Shown here: positions 1 to 15,000 of the stretch, piece after piece | How positions within the stretch are numbered: the stretch's first letter is position 1 | Layout: every line of letters starts with the position of its first letter | NCBI RefSeq assembly: GCF_036365525.1 | Contig: NC_090378.1 | Coordinates: 119,955,593-120,019,592 of the forward strand | Source: Heterodontus francisci | Taxonomy: Eukaryota | Reading direction: 5' to 3' | Length of the DNA stretch: 64,000 nucleotides | Position numbers and translations under genes: made by a program | The notes under the pieces: generated by a model | What the model was told of the DNA's origin: nothing | The model's input: the letters and a program-made list of their open reading frames with translations, nothing else | Databases searched by the model: none

Positions 1-3000
1 AGTACAGGAGGTGGGACTGTGTGTCCATTATTTTAAATTATATATAACTGTGGGATGTGTCAGTACAGGAGGTGGGACTGTGTGTCCATTATTATATATT
101 ATATATAACTGTGGGATGTGTCAGTATACAGGAGGTGGGACTGTGTGTCCATTATTATATATTACATATAGCTGTGGGATGTGTCAGTACAGGAGGTGAG
201 ACTGTGTGTCCATTATTATATATTATATATAACTGTGGGATGTGTCAGTATACAGGAGGTGGAACTGTGTTTCCATTATTATATATTATATATAGCTGTG
301 GGATGTGTCAGTACAGGAGGTGAGACTGTGTGTCCATTATTATATATTATATATAACTGTGGGATGCGTCAGTGCAGGAGGTGAGACTGTGTGTCCATTA
401 TTATATATTATATATAACTGTGGGATGTGTCAGTCCAGGAGGTGGGACTGTGTGTCCATTATTATATATTATATATAACTGTGGGATGTGTCAGTCCAGG
501 AGGTGGGACTGTGTGTCCATTATTATATATTATATATAACTGTGGGATGTGTCAGTCCAGGAGGTGGACTGTGTGTCCATTATTATATATTATATATAAC
601 TGTGGGATGCGTCAGTCCAGGAGGTGAGACTGTGTGTCCATTATTATATATTATATATAACTGTGGGATGTGTCAGTCCAGGAGGTGGGACTGTGTGTCC
701 ATTATTATATATTATATATAACTGTGGGATGTGTCAGTCCAGGAGGTGAGACTGTGTGTCCATTATTATATATTATATATAACTGTGGGATGTGTCAGTC
801 CAGGAGGTGGGACTGTGTGTCCATTATTATATATTATATATAACTGTGGGATGTGTCAGTATACAGGAGGTGGGACTGTGTGTCCATTATTATATATTAC
901 ATATAGCTGTGGGATGTGTCAGTACAGGAGGTGAGACTGTGTGTCCATTATTATATATTATATATAACTGTGGGATGTGTCAGTATACAGGAGGTGGAAC
1001 TGTGTTTCCATTATTATATATTATATATAGCTGTGGGATGTGTCAGTACAGGAGGTGAGACTGTGTGTCCATTATTATATATTATATATAATTGTGGGAC
1101 GTGTCAGTACAGGAGGTGGGACTGTGTCTCCATTATTATATATTATATATAACTGTGGGATGTGTCAGTACAGGAGGTGGGACTGTGTGTCCATTATTAT
1201 ATATTATATATAACTGTGGGACGTGTCAGTACAGGAGGTGGGACTGTGTGTCCATTATTATATATTATATATAACAGTGGGATGTGTCAGTACAGGAGGT
1301 GGGACTGTGTGCCCATTATTATATATTATATATAACTGTGGGATGTGTCAGTACAGGAGTTGGGACTGTGTGTCCATTATTATATTATATATAACAGTGG
1401 GACATGTCAGTACAGGAGGTGGGACTGTGTGTCCATTATTATATATTATATATAACAGTGGGATGTGTCAGTACAGGAGGTGGGACTGTGTGTCCATTAT
1501 TATATTATATATAACAGTGGGACATGTCAGTACAGGAGGTGGGACTGCGTGTCCATTATTATATATTATATATAACTGTGGGATGTGTCAGTACAGGAGT
1601 TGGGACTGTGTGTCCATTATTATAATATATATATAACTGTGGGATGTGTCAGTACAGGAGTTGGGACTGTGTGTCCATTATTATATTATATATAACAGTG
1701 GGACATGTCAGTACAGGAGGTGGGACTGTGTGTCCATTATTATATATTATATATAACTGTGGGATGTGTCAGTACAGGAGGCGGGACTGTGTGTCCATTA
1801 TTATATATTATATCTAACTGTGAGACGTGTCAGTGCAGGAGGTGGGACTGTGTGTCCATTATTATATATTATATATAACTGTGGGACGTGTCAGTCCAGG
1901 ATGTGGGACTGTGTGTCCATTATTATATATTATATATAACTGTGAGACGTGTCAGTGCAGGAGGTGGGACTGTGTGTCCATTTTTATATATTATATAGAA
2001 CTGTGGGATGTGTCAGTACCGGAGGTGGGACTGTGTGTTCATTATTATATCTTATATAGAACTGTGGGACGTGTCAGTACAGGAGGTGGGACTGTGTGTC
2101 CATTATTATATATTATATATAACTGTGGGACGTGTCAGTACCGGAGGTGGGACTGTGTGTTCATTATTATATCTTATATAGAACTGTGGGACGTGTCAGT
2201 ACAGGAGGTGGGACTGTGTGTCCATTATTATATATTATATATAACTGTGGGACGTGTCAGTACAGGAGGTGGGACTGTGTGTCCATTATTATATATTATA
2301 TATAACTGTGGGACGTGTCAGTACAGGAGGTGGGACTGTGTGTCCATTATTATATATTATATATAACTGTGGGACGTGTCAGTCCAGGAGGTGGGACTGT
2401 GTGTCCATTATTATATATTATATATAACTGTGGGATGTGTCAGTCCAGGAGGTGGGACTGTGTGTCCATTATTCTATATTATATATAACTGTGGGATGTG
2501 TCAGTACAGGAGGTGGGACTGTGTGTCCATTATTATATATTATATATAACTGTGGGACGTGTCAGTACAGGAGGTGGGACTGTGTGTCCATTATTATATA
2601 TTATATATAACTGTGGGACGTGTCAGTACAGGAGGTGGGACTGTGTGTCCATTATTATATATTATATATAACTGTGGGACGTGTCAGTACAGGAGGTGGG
2701 ACTGTGTGTCCATTATTATATATTATATATAACTGTGGGATGTGTCAGTCCAGGAGGTGGGACTGTGTGTCCATTATTATATATTATATATAACTGTGGG
2801 ATGTGTCAGTCCAGGAGGTGGGACTGTGTGTCCATTATTCTATATTATATATAACTGTGGGATGTGTCAGTCCAGGAGGTGGGACTGTGTGTCCATTATT
2901 ATATATTATATATAACTGTGGGATGTGTCAGTACAGGAGGTGGGACTGTGTGTCCATTATTATATATTATATATAACTGTGGGATGTGTCAGTACAGGAG

Positions 3001-6000
3001 GTGGGACTGTGTGTCCATTATTATATATTATATATAACTGTGGGATGTGTCAGTACAGGAGGTGGGACTGTGTGTCCATTATTATATATTATATATAACT
3101 GTGGGATGTGTCAGTCCAGGAGGTGGGACTGTCTGTCCATTATTATATATTATATATACCTGTGGGATGCGTCAGTGCAGGAGGTGAGACTGTGTGTCCA
3201 TTATTATATATTATATATAACTGTGGGATGTGTCAGTCCAGGAGGTGGGACTGTGTGTCCATTATTATATATTATATATAACTGTGGGATGTGTCAGTCC
3301 AGGAGGTGGGACTGTGTGTCCATTATTATATATTATATATAACTGTGGGATGTGTCAGTCCAGGAGGTGGGACTGTGTGTCCATTATTATATATTATATA
3401 TAACTGTGGGATGTGTCAGTCCAGGAGGTGAGACTGTGTGTCCATTATTATATATTATATATAACTGTGGGATGTGTTAGTCCAGGAGGTGGGACTGTGT
3501 GTCCATTATTATATATTATATATAACTGTGGGATGTGTCAGTATACAGGAGGTGGGACTGTGTGTCCATTATTATATATTACATATAGCTGTGGGATGTG
3601 TCAGTACAGGAGGTGAGACTGTGTGTCCATTATTATATATTATATATAACTCTGGGATGTGTCAGTATACAGGAGGTGGGACTGTGTGTCCATTATGATA
3701 TATTATATCTATCTGTGGGATGTGTCAGTAGAGGAGGTGAGACTGTGTGTCCATTATTATATATTATATATAAATGTGGGACGTGTCAGTACAGGAGGTG
3801 GGACTGTGTGTCCATTATTATATTTTATATATATCTGTGGGACATGTCAGTACAGGAGGTGGGACTGTGTGTCCATTATTATATATTATATATAACAGTG
3901 GGATGTGTCAGTACAGGAGGTGGGACTGTGTGTCCATTATTATATATTATATATAACAGTGGGATGTGTCAGTACAGGAGGTGGGACTGTGTGTCCATTG
4001 TTATATATTATATATAACTGTGGGATGTGTCAGTACAGGAGGTGGGACTGTGTGTCCATTATTATATTAGATATAACAGTGGGACATGTCAGTACAGGAG
4101 TTGGGACTGTGTGTCCATTATTATATTAGATATAACAGTGGGACATGTCAGTACAGAGGTGGGACTGTGTGTCCATTATTATATATTATATATAACTGTG
4201 GGATGTGTCAGTCCAGGAGGTGGGACTGTGTGTCCATTATTATATATTATATATAACTGTGGGATGTGTCAGTACAGGAGGTGGAACTGTGTGTCCATTA
4301 TTATATATTATATATAACTGTGGGATGTGTCAGTACAGGAGGTGGGACTGTGTGTCCATTATTATAGATTATATATAACTGTGGGATGTGTCAGTCCAGG
4401 AGGTGGGACTTTGTGTCCATTATTATATATTATATATAACTGTGGGATGTGTCAGTACAGGAGGTGGGACTGTGTGTCCATTATTATATATTATATATAA
4501 CTGTGGACGTGTCAGTACAGGAGGTGGGACTGTGTGTCCATTATTATATATTATATATAACAGTGGGATGTGTCAGTACAGGAGGTGGGACTGTGTGTCC
4601 ATTATTATATTATATATAACAGTGGGACATGTCAGTACAGGATGTGGGACTGTGTGTCCATTATTATATATTATATATAACTGTGGGATGTGTCAGTACA
4701 GGAGGTGGGACTGTGTGTCCATTATTATATATTATATATAACTGTGGGATGTGTCAGTCCAGGAGGTGGGACTGTGTGTCCATTATTATATATTATATCT
4801 AACTGTGAGACGTGTCAGTGCAGGAGGTGGGACTGTGTGTCCATTATTATATATTATATATAACTGTGGACGTGTCAGTACAGGAGGTGGGACTGTGTGT
4901 CCATTATTATATATTATATCTAACTGTGAGACGTGTCAGTGCAGGAGGTGGGACTGTGTGTCCATTATTATATATTATATATAACTGTGGGAAGTGTCAG
5001 TACAGGAGGTGGGACTGTGTGTCCATTATTATATATTATATATAACTGTGGGACGTGTCAGTACAGGAGATGGGACTGTGTGTCCATTATTATATATTAT
5101 ATATAACTGTGGGATGTGTCAGTACAGGAGGTGGGACTGTGTGTCCATTATTATATATTATATATAACTGTGGGATGTGTCAGTCCAGGAGGTGGGACTG
5201 TGTGTCCATTATTATATATTATATATAACTGTGGGATGTGTCAGTCCAGGAGGTGGGACTGTGTGTCCATTATTATATATTATATATAACTGTGGGATGT
5301 GTCAGTCCAGGAGGTGGGACTGTGTGTCCATTATTATATATTATATATAACTGTGGGATGTGTCAGTCCAGGAGGTGGGACTGTGTGTCCATTATTATAT
5401 ATTATATATAACTGTGGGATGTGTCAGTACAGGAGGTGGGACTGTGTGTCCATTATTTTAAATTATATATAACTGTGGGATGTGTCAGTACAGGAGGTGA
5501 GACTGTGTGTCCATTATTATATATTATATATAACTGTGGGATGTGTCTGTCCAGGAGGTGGGACTGTGTGTCCATTATTATATATTATATATAACTGTGG
5601 GATGTGTCAGTATACAGGAGGTGGGACTCTGTGTCCATTATTATATATTACATATAGCTGTGGGATGTGTCAGTACAGGAGGTGAGACTGTGTGTCCATT
5701 ATTATATATTATATATAACTGTGGGATGTGTCAGTATACAGGAGGTGGGACTGTGTGTCCGTTATTATATATTATATATAGCTGTGGGATGTGTCAGTAC
5801 AGGAGGTGAGACTGTGTGTCCATTATTATATATTATATATAACTGTGGGACGTGTCAGTACAGGAGGTGGGACTGTGTGTCCATTATTATATTTTATATA
5901 TATCTGTGGGACATGTCAGTACAGGAGGTGGGACTGTGTGTCCATTATTATATATTATATATAACTGTGGGACGTGTCAGTACAGGAGGTGGGACTGTGT

Positions 6001-9000
6001 GTCCATTATTATATATTATATATAACAGTGGGATGTGTCAGTACAGGAGGTGGGACTGTGTGTCCATTATTATATATTATATATAACAGTGGGATGTGTC
6101 AGTACAGGAGGTGGGACTGTGTGTCCATTGTTATATATTATATATAACTGTGGGATGTGTCAGTACAGGAGGTGGGACTGTGTGTCCATTATTATATTAG
6201 ATATAACAGTGGGACATGTCAGTACAGGAGGTGGGACTGTGTGTCCATTATTATATATTATATATAACAGTGGGATGTGTCAGTCCAGGAGGTGGGACTG
6301 TGTGTCCATTATTCTATATTATATATAACTGTGGGATGTGTCAGTCCAGGAGGTGGGACTGTGTGTCCATTATTATATATTATATATAACTGTGGGATGT
6401 GTCAGTACAGGAGGTGGAACTGTGTGTCCATTATTATATATTATATATAACTGTGGGATGTGTCAGTACAGGAGGTGGGACTGTGTGTCCATTATTATAG
6501 ATTATATATAACTGTGGGATGTGTCAGTCCAGGAGGTGGGACTTTGTGTCCATTATTATATATTATATATAACTGTGGGATGTGTCAGTACAGGAGGTGG
6601 GACTGTGTGTCCATTATTATATATTATAGATAACTGTGGACGTGTCAGTACAGGAGGTGGGACTGTGTGTCCATTATTATATATTATATATAACAGTGGG
6701 ATGTGTCAGTACAGGAGGTGGGACTGTGTGTCCATTATTATATTATATATAACAGTGGGACATGTCAGTACAGGATGTGGGACTGTGTGTCCATTATTAT
6801 ATATTATATATAACTGTGGGATGTGTCAGTACAGGAGGTGGGACTGTGTGTCCATTATTATATATTATATATTACTGTGGGATGTGTCAGTCCAGGAGGT
6901 GGGACTGTGTGTCCATTATTATATATTATATATAACTGTGGGACGTGTCTGTCCAGGAGGTGGGACTGTGTGTCCATTATTATATATTATATATAACTGT
7001 GGACGTGTCAGTACAGGAGGTGGGACTGTGTGTCCATTATTATATATTATATATAACTGTGGGACGTGTCAGTCCAGGAGGTGGGACTGTGTGTCCATTA
7101 TTATATATTATATCTAACTGTGAGACGTGTCAGTGCAGGAGGTGGGACTGTGTGTCCATTATTATATATTATATATAACTGTGGACGTGTCAGTACAGGA
7201 GGTGGGACTGTGTGTCCATTATTATATATTATATCTAACTGTGAGACGTGTCAGTGCAGGAGGTGGGACTGTGTGTCCATTATTATATATTATATCTAAC
7301 TGTGGGACGTGTCAGTACAGGAGGTGGGACTGTGTGTCCATTATTATATATTATATATAACTGTGGGACGTGTCAGTACAGGAGGTGGGACTGTGTGTCC
7401 ATTATTATATATTATATATAACTGTGGGATGTGTCAGTACAGGAGGTGGGACTGTTGTCCATTATTATATATTATATATAACTGTGGGATGTGTCAGTCC
7501 AGGAGGTGGGACTGTGTGTCCATTATTATATATTATATATAACTGTGGGATGTGTCAGTCCAGGAGGTGGGACTGTGTGTCCATTATTATATATTATATA
7601 TAACTGTGGGATGTGTCAGTCCAGGAGGTGGGACTGTGTGTCCATTATTATATATTATATATAACTGTGGGATGTGTCAGTCCAGGAGGTGGGACTGTGT
7701 GTCCATTATTATATATTATATATAACTGTGGGATGTGTCAGTACAGGAGGTGGGACTGTGTGTCCATTATTTTAAATTATATATAACTGTGGGATGTGTC
7801 AGTACAGGAGGTGGGACTGTGTGTCCATTATTATATATTATATATAACTGTGGGATGTGTCTGTCCAGGAGGTGGGACTGTGTGTCCATTATTATATATT
7901 ATATATAACTGTGGGATGTGTCAGTCCAGGAGGTGGGACTGTGTGTCCATTATTATATATTATATATAACTGTGGGATGTGTCAGTCCAGGAGGTGGGAC
8001 TGTGTGTCCATTATTATATATTATATATAACTGTGGGATGTGTCAGTACAGGAGGTGGAACTGTGTGTCCATTATTACTTATTATATATAACTGTGGGAT
8101 GTGTCAGTACAGGAGGTGGGACTGTGTGTCCATTATTATATATTATATATAACTGTGGGATGTGTCAGTGCAGGAGGTGGGACTGTGTGTCCATTATTAT
8201 ATATTATATATAACTGTGGGATGTGTCAGTGCAGGAGGTGGGACTGTGTGTCCATTATTATATATTATATATAACTGTGGGACGTGTCAGTACAGGAGGT
8301 GGGACTGTCTGTCCATTATTATATATTATATATAACTGTGGGATGTGTCAGTACTGGAGATGGGACTGTGTGTCCATTATTATTTATTATATATAACTGT
8401 GGGACGTGTCAGTACAGGAGGTGGGACTGTCTGTCCATTATTATATATTATATATAACTGTGGGACGTGTCAGTACAGGAGGTGGGACTGTCTGTCCATC
8501 ATTATATATTATATATAACTGTGGGACGTGTCAGTCCAGGAGGTGGGACTGTCTGACCATTATTATATATTATATATAACTGTGGGACGTGTCAGTACAG
8601 GAGGTGGGGCTGTCTGTCCATTTTTTTATATTATATATAACTGTGGGATGTGTCAGTGCAGGAGGTGGGAATGTGTATCCATTATTATATATTATTTATA
8701 ACTGTGGAACGTTTCAGTGCAGGAGGTGGGACTGTGTGTCCATTATTATATATTATATATAACTGTGGGTTGTGTCAGTACAGGAGGTGGGACTGTGTGT
8801 CCATTATTATATATTATATATAACTGTGGGTTGTGTCAGTACAGGAGGTGGGACTGTCTGTCCATTATTATATATTATATATAACTGTGGGTTGTGTCAG
8901 TACAGGAGGTGGGACTGTCTGTCCATTATTATATATTATATATAACTGTGGGATGTGTCAGTCCAGGAGGTGGGACTGTGTGTCCATTATTATATATTAT

Positions 9001-12000
9001 ATATAACTGTGGGATGTGTCAGTCCAGGAGGTGGGACTGTGTGTCCATTATTCTATATTATATATAACTGTGGGATGTGTCAGTCCAGGAGGTGGGACTG
9101 TGTGTCCATTATTATATATTATATATAACTGTGGGATGTGTCAGTACAGGAGGTGGAACTGTGTGTCCATTATTATATATTATATATAACTGTGGGATGT
9201 GTCAGTACAGGAGGTGGGACTGTGTGTCCATTATTATAGATTATATATAACGGTGGGATGTGTCAGTCCAGGAGGTGGGACTGTCTGTCCATTATTATAT
9301 ATTATATATAACTGTGGGATGCGTCAGTGCAGGAGGTGAGACTCTGTGTCCATCATTATATATTATATATAACTGTGGGATGTGTCAGTCCAGGAGGTGG
9401 GACTGTGTGTCCATTATTATATATTATATATAACTGTGGGATGTGTCAGTCCAGGAGGTGGGACTGTGTGTCCATTATTATAGATTATATATAACTGTGG
9501 GATGTGTCAGTCCATGAGGTGGGACTGTGTGTCCATTATTATATATTATATATAACTGTGGGATGCGTCAGTCCAGGAGGTGAGACTGTGTGTCCATTAT
9601 TATATATTATATATAACTGTGGGATGTGTCAGTCCAGGAGGTGGGACTGTGTGTCCATTATTATATATTATATATAGCTGTGGGATGTGTCAGTACAGGA
9701 GGTGGGACTGTGTGTCCATTATTATATTTTATATATATCTGTGGGACATGTCAGTACAGGAGGTGGGACTGTGTGTCCATTATTATATATTATATATAAA
9801 AGTGGGATGTGTCAGTACAGGAGGTGGGACTGTGTGTCCATTATTATATATTATATATAACAGTGGGATGTGTCAGTACAGGAGGTGGGACTGGGTGTCC
9901 ATTATTATATATTATATATAACTGTGGGATGTGTCAGTACAGGAGGTGGGACTGTGTGTCCATTATTATATTATATATAACAGTGGGACATGTCAGTACA
10001 GGAGGTGGGACTGTGTGTCCATTATTATATATTATATATAACTGTGGGATGTGTCAGTACAGGAGGTGGGACTGTGTGTCCATTATTATATATTATATAT
10101 AACTGTGGGATGTGTCAGTACAGGAGGTGGGACTGTGTGTCCATTATTATATATTATATATAACAGTGGGATGTGTCAGTACAGGAGGTGGGACTGTGTG
10201 TCCATTATTATATATTATATATAACTGTGGGATGTGTCAGTACAGGAGGTGGGACTGTGTGTCCATTATTATATATTATATATAACAGTGGGATGTGTCA
10301 GTACAGGAGGTGGGACTGTGTGTCCATTATTATATTATATATAACAGTGGGACATGTCAGTACAGGAGGTGGGACTGTGTGTCCATTATTATATATTATA
10401 TATAACTGTGGGATGTGTCAGTACAGGAGGTGGGACTGTGTGTCCATTATTATATATTATATATAACTGTGGGATGTGTCAGTACAGGAGGTGGGACTGT
10501 GTGTCCATTATTATATATTATATATAACAGTGGGATGTGTCAGTACAGGAGGTGGGACTGTGTGTCCATTATTATATTATATATAACAGTGGGACATGTC
10601 AGTACAGGAGGTGGGACTGTGTGTCCATTATTATATATTATATATAACTGTGGGATGTGTCAGTACAGGAGGTGGGACTGTGTGTCCATTATTATATATT
10701 ATATATAACTGTGGGATGTGTCAGTACAGGAGGTGGGACTGTGTGTCCATTATTATATATTATATATAACAGTGGGATGTGTCAGTACAGGAGGTGGGAC
10801 TGTGTGTCCATTATTATATTATATATAACAGTGGGACATGTCAGTACAGGAGGTGGGACTGTGTGTCCATTATTATATATTATATATAACTGTGGGATGT
10901 GTCAGTACAGGAGGTGGGACTGTGTGTCCATTATTATATATTATATATAACTGTGGGATGTGTCAGTACAGGAGGTGGGACTGTGTGTCCATTGTTATAT
11001 ATTATATATAACTGTGGGACGTGTCAGTACAGGAGGTGGGACTGTGTGTCCATTATTATATATTATATATAACTGTGGGATGTGTCAGTGCAGGAGGTGG
11101 GACTGTGTGTCCATTATTATATATTATATATAACTGTGGGACGTGTCAGTACAGGAGGTGGGAATGTGTGTCCATTATTATATATTATATATAACTGTGG
11201 GATGTGTCAGTGCGGGAGGTGGGACTGTGTGTCCATTATTATATATTATATATAACTGTGGGATGTGTCAGTGCAGGAGGTGGGACTGTGTGTCCATTAT
11301 TATATATTACATATAACTGTGGGATGTGTCAGTACAGGAGGTGGGACTGTGTGTCCATTATTATATATTATATATAACTGTGGGATGTGTCAGTGCAGGA
11401 GGTGGGACTGTGTGTCCATTATTATATATTATATATAACTGTGGGACGTGTCAGTACAGGAGGTGGGACTGTCTGTCCATTATTATATATTATATATAAC
11501 TGTGGGATGTGTCAGTACTGGAGATGGGACTGTGTGTCCATTATTATTTATTATATATAACTGTGGGACGTGTCAGTACAGGAGGTGGGACTGTCTGTCC
11601 ATTATTATATATTATATATAACTGTGGGACGTGTCAGTACAGGAGGTGGGACTGTCTGTCCATCATTATATATTATATATAACTGTGGGACGTGTCAGTC
11701 CAGGAGGTGGGACTGTCTGTCCATTATTATATATTATATATAACTGTGGGACGTGTCAGTACAGGAGGTGGGACTGTGTGTCCATTTTTTTATATTATAT
11801 ATAACTGTGGGATGTGTCAGTGCAGGAGGTGGGACTGTGTATCCATTATTATATATTATTTATAACTGTGGAACGTTTCAGTGCAGGAGGTGGGACTGTG
11901 TGTCCATTATTATATATTATATATAACTGTGGGTTGTGTCAGTACAGGAGGTGGGACTGTCTGTCCATTATTATATATTATATATAACTGTGGGACGTGT

Positions 12001-15000
12001 CAGTACAGGAGGTGGGACTGTGTGTCCATTATTATATATTATATATAACTGTGGGTTGTGTCAGTCCAGGAGGTGGCACTGTGTGTCCATTATTATATAT
12101 TATATATAACTGTGGGATGCGTCAGTCCAGGAGGTGAGACTGTGTGTCCATTATTATATATTATATATAACTGTGGGATGTGTCAGTCCAGGAGGTGGGA
12201 CTGTGTGTCCATTATTCTATATTATATATAACTGTGGGATGTGTCAGTCCAGGAGGTGGGACTGTGTGTCCATTATTATATATTATATATAACTGTGGGA
12301 TGTGTCAGTCCAGGAGGTGGGACTGTGTGTCCATTATTATATATTATATATAACTGTGGGATGTGTCAGTCCAGGAGGTGGGACTGTGTGTCCATTATTA
12401 TATATTATATATAACTGTGGGATGTGTCAGTCCAGGAGGTGGGACTGTGTGTCCATTATTCTATATTATATATAACTGTGGGATGTGTCAGTCCAGGAGG
12501 TGGGACTGTGTGTCCATTATTATATATTATATATAACTGTGGGATGTGTCAGTACAGGAGTTGGAACTGTGTGTCCATTATTATATATTATATATAACTG
12601 TGGGATGTGTCAGTACAGGAGGTGGGACTGTGTGTCCATTATTATAGATTATATATAACTGTGGGATGTGTCAGTCCAGGAGGTGGGACTGTCTGTCCAT
12701 TATTATATATTATATATAACTGTGGGATGCGTCAGTGCAGGAGGTGAGACTGTGTGTCCATCATTATATATTATATATAACTGTGGGATGTGTCAGTCCA
12801 GGAGGTGGGACTGTGTGTCCATTATTATATATTATATATAACTGTGGGATGTGTCAGTCCAGGAGGTGGGACTGTGTGTCCATTATTATAGATTATATAT
12901 AACTGTGGGATGTGTCAGTCCATGAGGTGGGACTGTGTGTCCATTATTCTATATTATATATAACTGTGGGATGCGTCAGTCCAGGAGGTGAGACTGTGTG
13001 TCCATTATTATATATTATATATAACTGTGGGATGTGTCAGTCCAGGAGGTGGGACTGTGTGTCCATTATTATATATTATATATAACTGTGGGATGTGTCA
13101 GTCCAGGAGGTGAGACTGTGTGTCCATTATTATATATTATATATAACTGTGGGATGTGTCAGTCCAGGAGGTGGGACTGTGTGTCCATTATTATATATTA
13201 TATATAACTGTGGGATGTGTCAGTATACAGGAGGTGGGACTGTGTGTCCATTATTATATATTATATATAGCTGTGGGATGTGTCAGTACAGGAGGTGAGA
13301 CTGTGTGTCCATTATTATATATTATATATAACTGTGGGACGTGTCAGTACAGGAGGTGGGACTGTGTGTCCATTATTATATTTTATATATATCTGTGGGA
13401 TGTGTCAGTACAGGAGGTGGGACTGTGTGTCCATTATTATATATTATATATAAATGTGGGATGTGTCAGTACAGGAGGTGGGACTGTGTGTCCATTATTA
13501 TATATTATATAGAACTGTGGGATGTGTCAGTACAGGAGGTGGGACCGTGTGTCCATTATTATATATTATATATAACAGTGGGATGTGTCAGTACAGGAGG
13601 TGGGACTGTGTGTCCATTATTATATATTATATATAACAGTGGGATGTGTCAGTACAGGAGGTGGGACTGTGTGTCCATTATTATATATTATATATAACAG
13701 TGGGATGTGTCAGTACAGGAGGTGGGACTGTGTGTCCATTATTATATATTATATATAACAGTGGGATGTGTCAGTACAGGAGGTCGGACTGTGTGTCCAT
13801 TATTATATATTATATATAACAGTGGGATGTGTCAGTACAGGAGGTGGGACTGTGTGTCCATTATTATATTTTATATATATCTGTGGGATGTGTCAGTACA
13901 GGAGGTGGGACTGTGTGTCCATTATTATATATTATATATAACAGTGGGATGTGTCAGTACAGGAGGTGGGACTGTGTGTCCATTATTATATATTATATAT
14001 AACAGTGGGATGTGTCAGTACAGGAGGTGGGACTGTGTGTCCATTATTATATATTATATATAACTGTGGGATGTGTCAGTACAGGAGGTGGGACTGTGTG
14101 TCCATTATTATATTATATATAACAGTGGGACATGTCAGTACAGGAGGTGGGACTGTGTGTCCATTATTATATAATATATATAACAGTGGGATGTGTCAGT
14201 ACAGGAGGTGGGACTGTGTGTCCATTATTATATATTATATATAACAGTGGGATGTGTCAGTACAGGAGGTGGGACTGTGTGTCCATTATTATATATTATA
14301 TATAACTGTGGGATGTGTCAGTACAGGAGGTGGGACTGTGTGTCCATTATTATATATTATATATAACAGTGGGATGTGTCAGTACAGGAGGTGGGACTGT
14401 GTGTCCATTATTATATTATATATAACAGTGGGACATGTCAGTACAGGAGGTGGGACTGTGTGTCCATTATTATATATTATATATAACTGTGGGATGTGTC
14501 AGTACAGGAGGTGGGACTGTGTGTCCATTATTATATATTATATATAACTGTGGACGTGTCAGTACAGGAGGTGGGACTGTGTGTCCATTATTATATATTA
14601 TATATAACTGTGGGATGTGTCAGTACAGGAGGTGGGACTGTGTGTCCATTATTATAGATTATATATAACTGTGGGATGTGTCAGTCCAGGAGGTGGGACT
14701 GTCTGTCCATTATTATATATTATATATAACTGTGGGATGCGTCAGTGCAGGAGGTGAGACTGTGTGTCCATTATTATATATTATATATAACTGTGGGATG
14801 TGTCAGTACAGGAGGTGGGACTGTGTGTCCATTATTATATATTATATATAACTGTGGGATGTGTCAGTACAGGAGGTGGGACTGTGTGTCCATTATTATA
14901 TATTATATATAAAAGTGGGATGTGTCAGTACAGGAGGTGGGATTGTGTGTCCATTATTATATATTATATATAACAGTGGGATGTGTCAGTACAGGAGGTG